DNA of 64,000 nt, taken from contig NC_135658.1 of NCBI RefSeq assembly GCF_964188315.1, forward strand, positions 47,740,001 to 47,804,000. The letters are read 5' to 3'. Each line of letters starts with the position of its first letter. The first letter of the stretch is position 1. The position numbers and the translations under genes are program-made. Under the pieces are notes generated by a model that saw only the letters and a list, made by a program, of their open reading frames with translations, made no database searches and had not been told where the DNA came from. This DNA is from Podarcis muralis (lineage: Eukaryota). This document shows positions 37,057 to 51,775 of this stretch, piece after piece.

Positions 37057-40000
37057 GGCTAGCTGGCTGACCCAAGGCTGATTGGGTCTTTCTGGTTTTC
37101 AATGGTCTTCCTGCACTGTGTTGTAATGCCACCCTACCTCCCAGAATACTGGTTTTCAGCACAGCTATGGGAATAGCTGTTTGAGAATTGAAAATCACCT
37201 CTCTGCTGCCAAAACAAACGTACCCAGGAACAAGAGTGGGCTTTAGGTACGGATGGGGGACTACAACCATACCAACTGTCTGCAAGAAACAATCCTGAAA
37301 ATTGACCCAAACAGAAAGAAGGTACTTCCCAAGTGCAAAGCTGCTTGGCTTGCTGATCTGGTCACATAGTTCACAGCAATCAATAACGGTTCCATTGCAT
37401 GCAAAGAGATTACATTAAATAATTGCATATGCACCTACAAAGCAGCTGGCTTGTAGTTCACATTGCTTTTCAGCAATCAATGAGAGTTTTCGATAAGGGT
37501 TTCACTTAAAGTAAGGAGCTAACATTAAAGAACTTTTGCAATCTGGACATACTGAATGCTGACAATGCATGTGCAGAATTTTCTTTTATATTCTCACCTT
37601 GAAAAGGACACCCAAGAGAAAAGTTTTTGACTTGTAATACAGGTGATCAGTACCAACATGAGAAATGCCCATTCGAAAGCAGGAAATTACAAACTTCTGT
37701 GCAAAAAAAGACCCAGCTGAGATAGTTAAAAGTGATTTGTAATAGTGGACATAATGCTTGTAATTTGGGGGACTTTTTACTTCCAGAATGACTTTGTAAG
37801 GCATATTCTGTATGTTGAACAGCACATAATCCATGTCCTAATTTGGGTCTAGTGCAGACTGAACCTGCCTCCATCTCTCCTTCTCACTTCTAACCTCCCC
37901 TTCCTCTTTTCTCATCTTACCTGGATGTTGTAAAGGCAGCAAGAACCCAAGATAGGAGCCACCTCAGGGTCTCCAACACCATTCAGCAATACAAGGAACC
38001 ATGAAAAACGTACATATACAATAAATATGCATAAAATGGTTCCTGGAGGTTCTGGATACTTGTAATCAACACTAGTCTTATTATAGCCCCAGCTATGAGT
38101 CTTCCCTTTTGTTGCCACATCTAGATGTTAGGAAATGGAAAGAGTGACGGGAAGGCGGGGGGGGGGGGGGGGAACAGGTCAGTATTGAGTTAGCCTATAC
38201 CGTAGAAGTTGCAGTCCTAAATTAGCCTTCTATTATATGGCTGTGTGTGAATAAAATGCAAGCAGGTGAGCCCATGCCTCATTTCAAAGGCTTCTTTTTA
38301 GACATGCCTGATTATTAAAGATTCCTCTTGCTGTGAAATAATCTCCTTGCACAAAACATATTCAAGAGCTCCTGAATGAAGACTCCATTGTTGCAAATGC
38401 AATGTGCTACATAGATGACTCACTGGGAAGAAAGAAATGAGCAGATAATAAGGCATTCATCTAAGAAGTCACTCTTTTTGTATAGTTTTTTCCAGGTTTG
38501 TCTACACTAGGGATAATGCTGTCCTGTAGCTGTGGGCTTCAGCTCACAACAGCCCCAGGAAGCACAGCCAGGGATCAAGGATGATGGGAGTTGATCTAAT
38601 GACATCTGGAGGCACTGCACTGGATAACCCCCGAGTCTATGCTGTGCCAATGAAGGGAGAAGAACATGGTGCCAGGGATACCAATTTATTTAAAGCTTCA
38701 GTTATTTATCATTTCTTCTTTCCTTAAAAAGAATGTTGCAGCTTTGGGCTGATACAAATCTATGTAGTTCATTCACAACTTCTGTATGACTAATTTCATA
38801 TTGTTCAAAGTTTCTCCTAGTAAGTTTCTTGTCTCACATTATGAACATTTTTGTTCATAGGCAGATACCAAGTTACCCACATAAGACAGCACAATTTAAA
38901 CCAATTAGGAAGGTGGCTCACCATTTACCTTTTCATTTTGTTTTAAGTAAGAACTAGCCCAATAGGAAATTAATGGGGGGGGGAATATGTGGAAGAGGGG
39001 GGAATGATCCATAATGCCATGACCTCAACAAATTTAAGGGAACAATTGTCATTATGTTTAAGAAAGGGACAAATACGTTCCATGTTAAAAATATAATGAT
39101 GCTCAACCAGACTTGAGCATCTTTTGGTCTTCTTTTCTGAGATGAGATATTTCTAATTTAAAATTTAGTTTTCTGTCATGCCAGTGTCTAGAATGTCTTT
39201 CCTGGTGGTAAGAGCTTCCATATGTGCAAATCCTGGGCAATAAGAATACTGTAGTCTGAAGGTTAAAACTGTAGCACACTGCCACCTACAGTTAGTAGTA
39301 GCTTGAAGAGAATTTGATAGCTGTCTTGATTCTGAGTCTCACATAATATCTCAGCAATCAAAGTTCTTTAAACTTTATCCACCAATAAAAGGCAATCCAT
39401 TTTGTGAGATGCTTCCAGTTCTATGGTCTTGTAAATGTCACTATAAAGGCTTCTTGAGGTCAATACAAGTGCTTAGTGTACCAATCTGTAGAAGCAGAAA
39501 GAGCAGGGGAGAAAGAAGCTGTTTTACTGTTTGATTACAAAGGACATGTCTAGATCCTGAATGGCAGCCAAAAATTATTTGGTCTTGGGAATGTACAAAT
39601 ATGACATCAAGCCTGCTTTGTGTTTTGTTGATCCAGTCCAGTATGCACCATATGCAACCCCCAGCATGGCTTGAAGCAACCTAAAGGTTGGCTTTAATTG
39701 AATTGGTTGTCAAAGCTTCAAGGGGCCATTTTGAGAGCCATAGGGGCAACACTGCACATCCTAAGGGAACATTCTGATTTTGTCCCCTTCCCTGAAGGCT
39801 GTTGCTTGGATAGGAAACTTCATGGCACTTGATGTTCTTTGACAGACAGTTGCACTCGCCTGAGGGCACCTTTCACCCAACTGACAGCCTGATCCCCACT
39901 ATGTTCTTTCATGAAGATTTGAGAGTACATGCCAAAATGCTCATTAGTGCTGTGAGTGAAGGAATGGTCTTGAGTTGCAAGACTCAGAACACATTATGAA

Positions 40001-41383
40001 AATACTGAATTTTTAAGGGACATTTAAATCCAGTGAATTGAGATTGGCTGAGACTGAATATTAGCTGGTTTAAAGATAACCCAATCTAGACTGAAGGTTT
40101 TGGGTTGAGTCTTCTGGATGAATAATAATATTGGGTGGATTGTAATTATGCAATTTTCAAATTACTTACAGTGATATAGTCATATCAATTAAATTAATCC
40201 TCCTACTTAGTATATATTTAGTAGGCATTATAGGGCAGGAACCCAATCCTGGGGAAGTTTACTTGCATTGAGATAAATGAAACTTAATTACTTCCAATTA
40301 ACCATGCATATGTCTATGTATTGTTCATCACTGTCTGTCAAATCAGTATAGGTCCAAGACACAACACTGCCAATCCAGGTAGGAGCATACACACATTCGT
40401 CTCTTGTGAGCTGTTAGAATATGTTTATATAGACATCCTACATAAATACAGTAATGAAGAAATGAAATAAGGTTTCATTTCCTACAGCTTGATAGTCCAA
40501 TGAGCCTTTTTGTCCTTCCATGTGAAAACATGAGCTCATATTCCAGTTTCTACTGAAATCACAATCTGTTAAAAGTTAAGGGTATCTAAAATGTGTGCTG
40601 GACACCCCATATGACCAGCATTATCTGTGCATATCTGTGCACATCTGCATAAATTTTGTTTGAATATGTCTATGGTAATGTGACAAACCAGGTACATGGG
40701 TGTATATACAGTAACCCTGCCCTTTCTATTTAGAATCTGAAGCCTGTCTAGTTTCCTAGATCCTTGTCTCTTTCTGTTTTCTGGGTAATACTGACCCTTG
40801 GCAGCTTTGTACATTTCATCAAATCCCCTACATTAATCTCTTAGATCATCATGCCCTCTCTAATGTTCTAATTAATATGCCCCCATCACCAGCCATATTA
40901 CTCAACAAATGCCTTTCCTCTCTTTCTTTACAGATCCCCAGGTTATACTTTAGGTCACTGCCATTTTTCTTAGACTCAGGGCTCATATCTGTCTTTTGCA
41001 GATTCCTGTGCAGTGAGCACTCATCTAATCCCATCCTGCTACCAGCCACAATCATTCAGTTTCTTCCTGCCCTTCATTTAGCACAGGAGCTGTCCTCTTC
41101 TTCATCATCATTCCAGTTTCTCCAAAGCCATATTTAAGTTTTCCTCTGAGCTACATCTATGTCCACACCGACATTTTCAAATCTTTTCGTATGTTTGTTG
41201 TCCCCTAAGCAAAGAACTAGTGCATTTCTGGTATGTTTACTTACTCCCACGATCATTTAGCTTCCTTCAGAGGAATTTCTGAAATTATTCGGGCATCTAT
41301 TCAACGGCTGCATTCCCCATTCTTACTACTGGACCACCAAACCCATTTCAAGTCATGAAAGACAGAGCCTATACTACTTGAAA

Positions 41384-41751
41384 GGGACGCGGGTGGCGCT
41401 GTGGGTAAAACCTCAGTGCCTAGGACTTGCTGATCATAAGGTCGGCAGTTCGAATCCCCGTGGCGGGGTGAGCTCCCACCGTTCGGTCCCAGCTCCTGCC
41501 CACCTAGCAGTTCGAAAGCACCCCTAAGTGCAAGTAGATAAATAGGTACCGCTTTATAGCGGGAAGGTAAACGGCGTTTCCGTGTGCGGCGCTGGTGCTG
41601 GCTCACCAGTGCAGCCTCGTCACGCTGGCCACGTGACCCGGAAGTGTCTTTGGATGGTGCCGGCTCCCGGCCTCTTGAGTGAGATGAGTGCACAACCCTA
41701 GAGTCCGTCACGACTGGCCCATACGGGCAGGGGTACCTTTACCTTTACCTT
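41384..41751 (+). mobile_element. Sauria SINE, full length
   Basis: 14-bp TSD TATACTACTTGAAA at 41370-41383 and 41752-41765. Confidence 0.95.
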
Positions 41752-44700
41752 TATACTACTTGAAAATCAATGGACTTTATAGTGAACATTTATAGTGAAC
41801 ACAATAGACATTAAAATCAATGGACTTTATAGTGAGCATTTTAAATTTTGGTCCGTGCTGACATCAAGACCCACCACCGAAATTTCACAAACTGCCTTTA
41901 TTTGTGGTGGAGCTAATAGTAGTTTATCTTTCACCCCAGCTGATGCAAAAGATTTCCAGTCTTTTGCTCTTCCTGACTCCACAATTTGTTTAATGCTGAG
42001 AAAGCCGCTACCTTAATCCATGCCTCACTTTCTTAAAAAAAAATCCCTGACTTCATTACTTATTTATTTTATTAACATATGCTATCAGAGTTTCAAGATA
42101 ATCTTCCAAACATTTAATTAAAGCGGTCCATAACAAATGGTGTAAAAATACTAGGGGAATTATTAGGTTTCCTCCCACTGGACCAGTATAACAGCCACAT
42201 CCAACCGCATGTTCTACCAAAAACAAAAAAATGCATGGAATAGATGCTAGCAAGCTGTTTTTGAAAACTAAAAGAGGAAGGGTTTTATATCGAGAACCAT
42301 TGCATGTGCATGAGAGAGAGGTTACATTGATCCTGAATGAAGTATAGTAGCTGTGTAATTTTAAACTATGGAGCTGTGAACATGGGAATAATATATATAT
42401 AATTCTACTGGGGGGGGGGGGAGAGATGGCCACAGTGGTAATCCTTTGTCACACAATTCTACCCAAAAAAATAATCTGTAGTAAGGAAGCAGATGGGGGC
42501 AGCCATCATTTGTGATGCAAACTGTGTGGCAATAAGGCTGTGTACAAATAATAGCTTCTTGGTGATTTTTAGGCATTTTTGCTAGTGATACATATTTTTC
42601 ATCTTGCTATCCCGCTGTGTTCCCTGGCCAACAGGTTCAACAAGTCTTTGTAATGTTTTTAAATCAATATAAAACATGCCCCCCCAAGACTATAGTAAAC
42701 CGGAAAAATGAAAACATATGCCATAAGCAATGGTAAGTCTGGTATAATATAAATATAAATGTATATGCAGGTGCAAAGTAAGGAAGCCACCACCAACCTG
42801 ATTCCTTCCAGATGTTTTTGACTACAATTCTGCTGGGGTTGTTGGGAGCTGTATGTCAACATATGTAGAGAGCAGCAGCAGAACAACAGAGATATGCTGT
42901 TCTGTCCACGATGCAAACTACTCTTCTTTAGCTATCAAACCATTGTTTTAGTCTGGGAACCTTTGGCCTTCCAGATGTTGGACTGCAGCTTTCATCATCC
43001 CTAACAATTGGCCATGTTGGCTGGGACTGATGTCAGCTGGTCCAATAACACCCTGCCTCTTCTTTAGTCTGTCATAGAACTGACAACAATTTACTGGATT
43101 GAGCTGCTATCAAAATGCCACTCTGGAGGCCCCAATTTCTAGCCCACACCTGTATACTATTGCCACAAGTTAGACAAATACATTAAAACAATCCATAAAC
43201 AGGGTTGGATTGTAGTTTTTCTATTTTAGCCCAATAGAATATGATGTGTTCTAAGACGCTATTCCAGTGCAGAATGTGAAAATTTAATCTGAACTGTAGA
43301 CTCCAAATTCAAATATTTGGCTAGAGGAATATTTTAAATCAAGAGCTGATCAGGGGAAACAGGGCTGCAAAATTGTTTTGCTGGAGGTGAGAGAGAAGGG
43401 TAACATCTGGGAGATTTCAGCCTGTATTGTGAGCTTGTGTGTTTGTTCTTCCCACCCCTCAAGTATGGGAGCCACCAGCTACAGGCACAGCTTCTTGCGT
43501 AGGGCTCAGCCATCAGCTAAGCAATCTCAGCTGGTCCTATACTATGAGCAGTTCCAGTTCTGGGTAAGTATGGCTGTTTCGGTATACCTGGTATACCTGT
43601 GCATTTTAAACTATTGGTTTTTATTATATTGTTTATATATGCTCTTTTATATTGTATGCCCTTTGGGAGAGAATTCTGCTTATGTACCTTGATGGCACTA
43701 TATAAATAAATGTTAATACTACTAATAATTTTCTGGACTATTATGAAAAGACCATTCAGCAGCTTCTACTGTATCACTTTATTATTGGAATGGCAGGCTT
43801 TAAAAATCCTGTCCAAGCAGTATGCCTGTGGCACGTAAGAAGGAATTCTTCATTTTATGCATAGTCATCTCTGTTGTAGAAAGAATATTTTCCTCTGAGG
43901 ACAGTCGGTAGGAGTGAGACATACCACAGAACAAGTTTTGCAAATGTACTAGAACAACATTTTGAAAGGCTAACATAGCTTGTTTATCTTCTCACCATGA
44001 GTTACTGGACCCAAGAGAAGCATTTTGTCATTCGTTGGAAACAGGAAATCAGTCTTCCATGAACTGGGCATTCATGGAAGGCTGGTTTTCATGTTTTCAG
44101 CAACTGACAAAAAGCCTCTCTTGGGACCATTTTGTCACTGGGATGCTATTGAGTCATTTTAGTATTTTAGGCCAGATTCAATGTTTACCATGTCTACCAT
44201 GAGGGAGGTTTGATGGGCAGGGCAGGATAGTACCCCAAATAATTCACAAGAATATGACAGTGCTAAATGTGTAACCCATTTTAAAAGGGGGCTTAGCTCC
44301 ACTGTCCACCCCACCCCTTACAAATGCTAAGAACACATAACTATGTCTTTATTATGAGGCTCGGTGTATCCAAATTTCACCTATTGTGAGGTGTCTGTTA
44401 ACCACATTCACTTAGCGCTAAGTCATTTCCCCCCCAGAAACTGTCAGTGTGCTAATAAATTCAAAGCCTGCCTTGTTTCTGAATAGTGAAGGAAGGAGAA
44501 AAAAGAAAAGGGGCCTTTTATTTTTTTTTTGCTTTTTTAAGTTTTTCATATGTTATATTTTGTTTGACTTTTTGAACTTGCAGTTTTCTTATTTTGTTCC
44601 ATGAAACCTAGTCATATACAAATCATATGTCAGGTGTTAAAACTGTTGGGAGTTTCTGAGAGGGAAAGCACAAGAAAAGTACAACAGTACTTCAGTTTTT

Positions 44701-45237
44701 GAAACATTAGGGATACTCTTTGGCCATATTCCCAAACTTTGTTCTACAACAAGTATGGGACTTAAGAAGCTTATTCAAACTAAAATGAACACAGGTGTTC
44801 TTATGAATTGAAAAACAAGAAATTGAAATCTTCTCTAATCATCACCTCTATAATGTGCACTTGTCTAAACAGTTCTCAGTCTAGGGATTTTATAAACTCT
44901 GAGGTACCTATAGTTGGACTTCCTTAGGAAAACCTTGCTGAGAGTACAAAGGGAATGGGTGGGCTCAACTGTACATTCTGCAAACCATTTCTTGTGAGAA
45001 ATGCCTTGAGAAAGAATAATCTGCATGATTTTTCTAAAAATAAAAAAGGAGGGGGAGATGTAATGCAACAACCCCCAGTTAGAGATTTCAGTATTAATAT
45101 TGACAAATTAAATATTGACTCTATTAAGCACTGCACAATCCATCTGTTTAAGTGTGGGTGTGCAAAATGCAATTTCACCCTCTTGGGTATGAAGAGCATG
45201 AAAGGTTTTAACTACTCCATTGGATTACAAATGAGGT

Positions 45238-45239
<2 letters not shown>

Positions 45240-45277
<38 letters not shown>
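45240..45277 (+). repeat. (CA)n microsatellite
   Basis: Direct reading of the sequence. Confidence 0.95.
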
Positions 45278-45278
<1 letters not shown>

Positions 45279-45829
45279 AGCTTGTCTTTGACATAGCAGG
45301 CTGCTCTGACTTGGAATCCAGGCATACTCTCAGCCAAGATTATACAAAGGCCCAAGCGACTGTGAAGTGGAAGTGTAAATTTTGTGTTTTCTGATGAATC
45401 TTTGGAAAGAAGGAAAGAGGAGTGGGCGGAGAGGGTTTTTTTCTCTCTTCTAGGTCTCCAGTGAGAGCACTAGGTTGATCATGCTGTGGGATACAAAGAA
45501 GAAACAGATTACATAGGGAGCATAGGTATTATGTAGGAAGCATGGCCTTCCATGTAAATGATTTGATATATATGTGGCTCTTCTTTTGAACTAGCCTTAT
45601 TGCAGAGAGTGTGCACACCCTCAAAAATGGAATGACACTGCCAGGTAGACTCTTTCAAATGAAAGGGCCAATCAGCTGCTGGTCTTCTTACATATATTAC
45701 AGCAGGTGTGTGACATCCAGAAATGGTTTTATTGGCAGCCAAGCTCAATTATTAAGGTATAAAACAGTCACTGAATGAATGTCTGTCTCTGAGGCTATTA
45801 TCAGTCTGCAGTAGTTTTCCTCACCAAAT

Positions 45830-46210
45830 AATTGATGCTTTTGAATTATGGTGCTGGAGGAGACTCTTGAGAGTCCCATGGACTTCAAGAAGATCAAACC
45901 TATCCATTCTTAAAGAAATCAGCCCTGAGTGCTCACTGGAAGGACAGATCCTGAAGCTGAGGCTCCAATACTTTGGCCACCTCATGAGAAGAGAAGACTC
46001 CCTGGAAAAGACCCTGATGTTGGGAAAGATTGAGGGCACAAAGAGAAGGGGACGTCAGAGGACAAGATGGTTGGATAGTGTTCTCAAAGCTATCAACATG
46101 AGTTTGACCAAACTGCAGGAGGCAGTGGAAAAGCCAGGAATGCCTGGCATGCTCTGGTCCATGGGGTCACGAAGAGTCGGACATGGCTAAACAACTAAAC
46201 AACAACAACA
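45830..46210 (+). mobile_element. BovB LINE 3' fragment
   Basis: Encodes RVPWTSRRSNLSILKEISPECSLEGQILKLRLQYFGHLMRREDSLEKTLMLGKIEG, with a (CAA)n tail. Confidence 0.95.
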
Positions 46211-49119
46211 AAGGCTTTAAACATCTATGGAATTCATAAGGATAGTCACAGAGTGCATTCAGATGACTAGGAATGATGATATAGTCACTTATGAACTCAG
46301 TGCATAGCACCTGTAACCACCATGAAACCTTCCATAGTCATTCAGAAATTTAGTGGTTTTGGATAGTAATACTGGAATAGCAACCCAATGATCAGACGCT
46401 ACCAGCAACTATTTCTCCATGTGGTACAGATTCCACATAGCAATCTTCCAGGATACCATGTGGTTTCCAGTAACCCTATCCAATTAGTAGCTCAGTCAAC
46501 ATAATAGATTTTCTTTGTGAATTTAATATCCAGCTAACTTGCTTTATCAATAGGCCTATGAGGGAAACCACAGATTTTGAATCCGTCCAGCCTTTTACAG
46601 CTAAAACACATTTCAGTGTATTGTAGAGAAGTACCTAAGCTACGGTTTCCACCCATGCAACTGTGCATATTTCAACCAGATACTTGACTGGAGAGACAAA
46701 TTTCACTGAGACTGAATAAACACAATCACTTTCCCCCATTATTTCCCCCCATTATTAACCCAATGTTTACACCACCACACATGTACAAGTAGGAGATTTT
46801 GAAATCTTATCCTTTTCTTTCTAATTAGCTGGCATCTTATTATTTATGCAGAGAAAGAAAGAAGAAAGCAATAGAGCTTTCTGTACTGACACCTACATGA
46901 GAAATTTACAATTTAACCAAAGGACATAGGAAAGGCCCTGGGTGATGAGGTGAAAGACCTGTTTAGTCCAGCATCCAGTTCTTGCAGGGGCCAACCAGAT
47001 ACCAGTGGGAAGTCTGCAAGCACAACCTGTCATTTCCAAAGGGAAAATAATATCAATATGGAATTTAAATGACCCTCTAAGTTTAGAATGTGCCATAAGA
47101 ATATGTGGGGACAAAGTTATTTCTGGGGAATACATGAAAAGTGTACACAATTTCAGGAATATTGCCTAATTCATTTTATTTTAAAAAACAATTTATATAC
47201 TGCTTAATTTAGGAACTTCAGCCTATAAGCAGTGTACAGTAGGTATACAAAGATACAACAAAGATGTATCTTCAAAGATTGTAAAGATGACATGTGATAC
47301 CTCATTATGTGACCTTAATGATTTAGGCATTCATGTGCTCTCATAATGCAAAAGCATCTTATGCCATTATTATGCTTTCACAAGGTTGTAAGCTAGACTC
47401 ACAAGCAGTTTGGTTTGCTTACTTTCTCTCACCATTTCAAGAAGCCGTCAGGTAATCTGTTTTGTTGTTGTTAGAGAAGAAGCAAAGCAACTTGGGTAAA
47501 GGCTAGGATTAGTAAAAGAATTTGCATATTCTCTGATTAACTCTTTGACTCGTTCCATGATAGTGCATCTGCCGATTAGAAGGTAATGTGAAAGAAATCA
47601 CCAAAGATAATGCATCTAACGTGAATCTGTGGAGGTTCCAGAACCTTGCTTGTTCAACTTATGCAGCCACTTTCGGCACAGAAGTCCTATGGCTCTGTGT
47701 CTTCTTTGAAGGAAGGATAATAATCTCCCGGAACCATATTTTAGCATTTTAATTAGACCCCAAACATGCACTAAACATACCCTCAATAAAAGGGAACGCT
47801 GTAATAAAGTCAGTACAACATGCTTCTATAACCTAGCAAGGTCACTACCTGAGAGGAATTGGCAACAAGATAATTGGCAAGCTGCCAGCATAGCCAGCAA
47901 CATTGTCATGTCCAACCCTTGGAGGACACTGCCTGTAGCTATTCAGCGGGAAAGTACTTGCAGAAGGCAGCACTTGTCCTCTCCTCGTCCCACCAGCAGG
48001 GGGTGGGCAGGAAAAGTCTTTAGGTGTTTGCTTTTGTATTACAGAATACTGTGTTGCAAATCATCAAAATTTTTGTCTTCTTTCCTAGTCTGCAAACTGG
48101 AAACTGTAGTTTGTTAAGGGTGCTGGGAATTGTAGATTTGTGGGGGATAAACTCCCGTTACCATGATTCTTCGAGTAATTCCTATGTGATTTATTTTTTG
48201 CTGGGCCTGTTAATCTCTAGAACTGAGTTTTATTTCTGAACTGAGTTGTGTCCTTTGTATGTGTCTATATAAAATCAATAAACACACACAAAAGGGATAT
48301 AAGACTAAGTTTTGGGAGCCTAGGAAATCAACTGAATAAAGTTTTTGGTGAATAAAATTAGTGTTGTTGTTTTTTGTTTTAGAACATTCCAAGTTTAATG
48401 CTGGGCAGGGAGAGAGGATTTATTTCACCTTTTAAAAAAGGAACTACAATCTCCATGATCTGCTTATAAGTTTGTAGCTTACAATACAAAGGGCTCATCC
48501 ACACTTCCATTTGCCCCACAAGTTTCTCCCAGGGAGACCCACAGTTTAGCGTTGAAGTGGAACAAACCACAATCAGGTTTTCTGCGGACTGCCATTTGTT
48601 CTGGTTTAGCATTAAAGATTGCATTTCTGGGGGAAAGTGGCTGGGCAAAGTCAAAACCTCTTGGATCTGTTCCCTGAAAGCACAGGACAAGAAGAGAACC
48701 GGTCAGCAGCCCTGTGCTTTGTAGACACAAGCCAAAATGTGAACAAGCCCTTATTGCGTTAAGTTTTGTCGACAGCACCCACCAGCCTGACTCCAGATAT
48801 GCTGAGAGTTGTAGCCCAAAACATCTGGAAAGCACCAGGTTGGGGAAGGATGATCATAACCCACTTCAGATTATGATATCTTGGCTTAACAAGCTCTGCT
48901 GTGAATGAGCATTTTGTCCAGGTACACAACCCCTTTGTTATTCCCTTCACATGACTCATGATTCATGAAATATGGCATATGAATTTGAAAGTCTCCAGTT
49001 TTAACCTAATCCTTTTTTTTTATTCTGACAACTGTCTTTCTGTAATTCTGCTAGAAATTTAGCCTCCTCATCTCATTTCCACACTACATTTACTCATTGC
49101 GTTCTCATTTCTCCTTGCA

Positions 49120-49300
49120 CTGCACCTATATTATCTCCTCAAGATCTCATTCCCTTTCCTTGTGAGTATCCTTCATGTATTTGCAAAGCACAGTCATGTC
49201 TCCTCTCAAACATCTTTTTGCTAAGTTAATCAGGTCAATATTTCAAAGCATAATCTCATAAGACAATTTTTTTCATCCTTCTGTCATCATAACAACTTCC
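49120..49300 (-). mobile_element. Ancient CR1 LINE fragment
   Basis: GTCATGTCTCCTCTCAAACATCTTTTTGCTAAGTTAA resembles the antisense CR1 LEKRRLRGD region. Confidence 0.5.
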
Positions 49301-51775
49301 ACGGTGTTAGTCTGTCAAAGGGGGGGGGAAATAAGCATCTTTTAGTATCTTAGAAAGTAAGGAGTTTATTATGGTGTAAGCTTTTGCAGACCAAATTAAC
49401 TGATGAAATGGCTTCTAATCTATGAAGGCTTGTGCCATAATAAATGCATTAGTCTGCAACAAGACTCTTCATTGTTTTTGACCATCAGTGTTTTCCCTGA
49501 CCCCCAAATAATCTTACTACATTTCCAGATCTTTGTTTTAGTCCTGATATTTCATAGTTCACTCTCTGTATCTTTGAATCCATACATTGGGTTGGACTTG
49601 GTCATGCTTAGAGGAGACCCAGGGATTTCAAGTGTGACAAACTCTAGACCCAACCCAGTGCATTAAGGCAGTGCACAATGAGTCAACGATGCCTCACTTT
49701 TTGTGTGGGGGATACTAACCTAGGGTGACTGACCCATATAAAGATATTAGACAGAGAGTTTGGTTTAATCAATGACATGGTAGTGAGTTTCAATCTCATC
49801 ATCTGTCCACCAGCCCTCATTTTTTTCATTCCAGTCTTAGTGGGAGTGGGGCAAGCTCACTCTCCACATAACCCTAACATTAACAATGGCAGGCTTTGGG
49901 CTCCCAAATTTCAGCAGTACCCTGTGCGATGCTAAAGTCCCCCTATGCCACCTGTGTTCTACAGCATTGTTGAAGCATCCCTGCAGCACGGAACCCAGTG
50001 CCGTCATACCAGTTATGCCACTCTAAAACAGCCTCTGTTAACAACAATGTTACATTTCATATTTTGCTTACATTCATTTAAATGAATTTGTGCTATATTT
50101 TATTTAGGATTTTTATTATCACATCTACAGTGGATTTGACTATTTCACATTTTGTAAGCCACGTTGTGGCTGTCACCCTCTTGGAATACTTGAGTGTGAC
50201 CAACACATGAGCCACATAAGGCACTAAATTGCTGTCAAGTGTGACAGGGGTCACCATTCTTTTCAGACCAGCCGGCACAGTTTGAATTCTGAGAAGGTGC
50301 TGTGAGCATGTCATGAAATGACTGCTTGGAGGCATGGCATAATACAACATGGCTGCCATGTGGGGCATGATATAACACAACATGGCTCTCATGGGGGCAT
50401 GGCATGACACACAATTAGAGCGAGTATAGTCATTTCTGCTTCACTCCACAGGCAACCTCAAGCTTACCATGGGAAATTGGTGATGTCGTGCTGGTACTGA
50501 TTAAGCAGATCACATAATATTTATTTCTCTCTCTCTCACACACACAATGATAATTGCTGTCTAATAAGAACTGTTTTCTCAGTATCAGGAAAAATATACA
50601 GGGAGGCCACACCACATTCACATTCAGTCTTACAAGAGTCCAGGAAACAGCATAAACTCGTACATTTGCTCTACCTGTGTCAAACACTGAAGGATGAAAG
50701 GTGAAGGTTTGAGGAAGATGATACAGTTGAGCCAACCTCTGATTTGATGTCTTGAATTAATATCTCACAGGGGTTTTTTTAATTAAATTGTAGTGCACAG
50801 TGAAATTCTAAAAGACACAGAAATAACAACACAGCATCTTCCTTGTTTTCTTTTGATTCCCCCTGTATATGAATTTTATCTTCTGAGAATGATCTTCAAA
50901 AATGTTGTGAAATATGGAAAAACATGCTCTGGCTATGTCATTAGGTATCGGTGTGTAGCCTGATCCTATACATGTTTATTCTGAAGGGAGGTCCATGAGT
51001 TCAAGAAAGTGTGCATAGGATTCTAGCCTTAGGCATCTATTAACAAATCATTTGCTCCATTTAAGCTTATGAAAGGGAGCAAAACTGCTGTTTCATATTC
51101 CCCGAGGTATTTATGAGGTATGAGGCATCTAAAAGAAATTTACATCAACCTGTTATGACTTTATACTTTTCCATCAAATAATGGCCTTGTGCATGGAACA
51201 GAGACCCGAGGGAATATATTTGACAGTGAGCAAATAGAGCCAAGCAGCTCATAATATTTATAACACCTTTTCCACACAGTTACAGGGGATCGGCTAGTTT
51301 CATTTCTTTCTTTTTTATGATTTCATTGTTTGATCCATGAGGCCACTTACCAAATTTGTACATAATGTGTCTGAAAAGTCCTGTGTTTTCCTTAATAAAT
51401 TGAGGCTTTGTCATGAGCCTAACATTTTTATGGCCAAATGCTGTTAGCAGCTTCTGAGACAACAGCTCATATGACTGGGTGTAGAAGCACAACCAGTCAC
51501 CGTGGCAGGTTCCTGTCACTCAAAGCCTGTGGGTGTGCATGTGCTGCCCCTTCACAGAGAAAGTGAAAAGTCAGTCATGGCACCCATAAACTGAAGATGA
51601 GGGAAGGGCCATAGCTCATTGTTGGAGCATCTGGTCCTGGGTTCCATCCCCAGCATCTCCAGGTAGGGGTGGGGGAGACTTCTGTTTGAAATGCTGGATA
51701 GCAGCTGCCAGTCAGTGAAGACAGTCCTGAGCTAGATTGACCAATGGTCTGACTTGGTATAATAATAATAATAAT

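Noticed and set aside
39100-39520. Very strong minus-strand polypyrimidine acceptor before 39485
   Set aside because: All three frames close within 15 codons and I could not identify a partner donor. It could still be a non-coding terminal exon.
42056-42433. 125-aa hydrophobic ORF and an internal acceptor-like TTTTTTGTTTTTGGTAG
   Set aside because: No recognisable homology and no good donor. Hydrophobicity is explained by T-rich DNA.
43464-43563. Plus-strand exon-like segment (CTCAAG|...TGG|GTAAGT) with two open frames
   Set aside because: Isolated, with no recognisable protein and no matching neighbouring exons. Such pseudo-exons are common.
50315-50410. Imperfect ~33-bp tandem units (GGCATGGCATAATACAACATGGC..) that might suggest a spacer array
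   Set aside because: Only 2-3 degenerate units with no unique spacers, inside a decayed hAT-like MITE. Not CRISPR-like.
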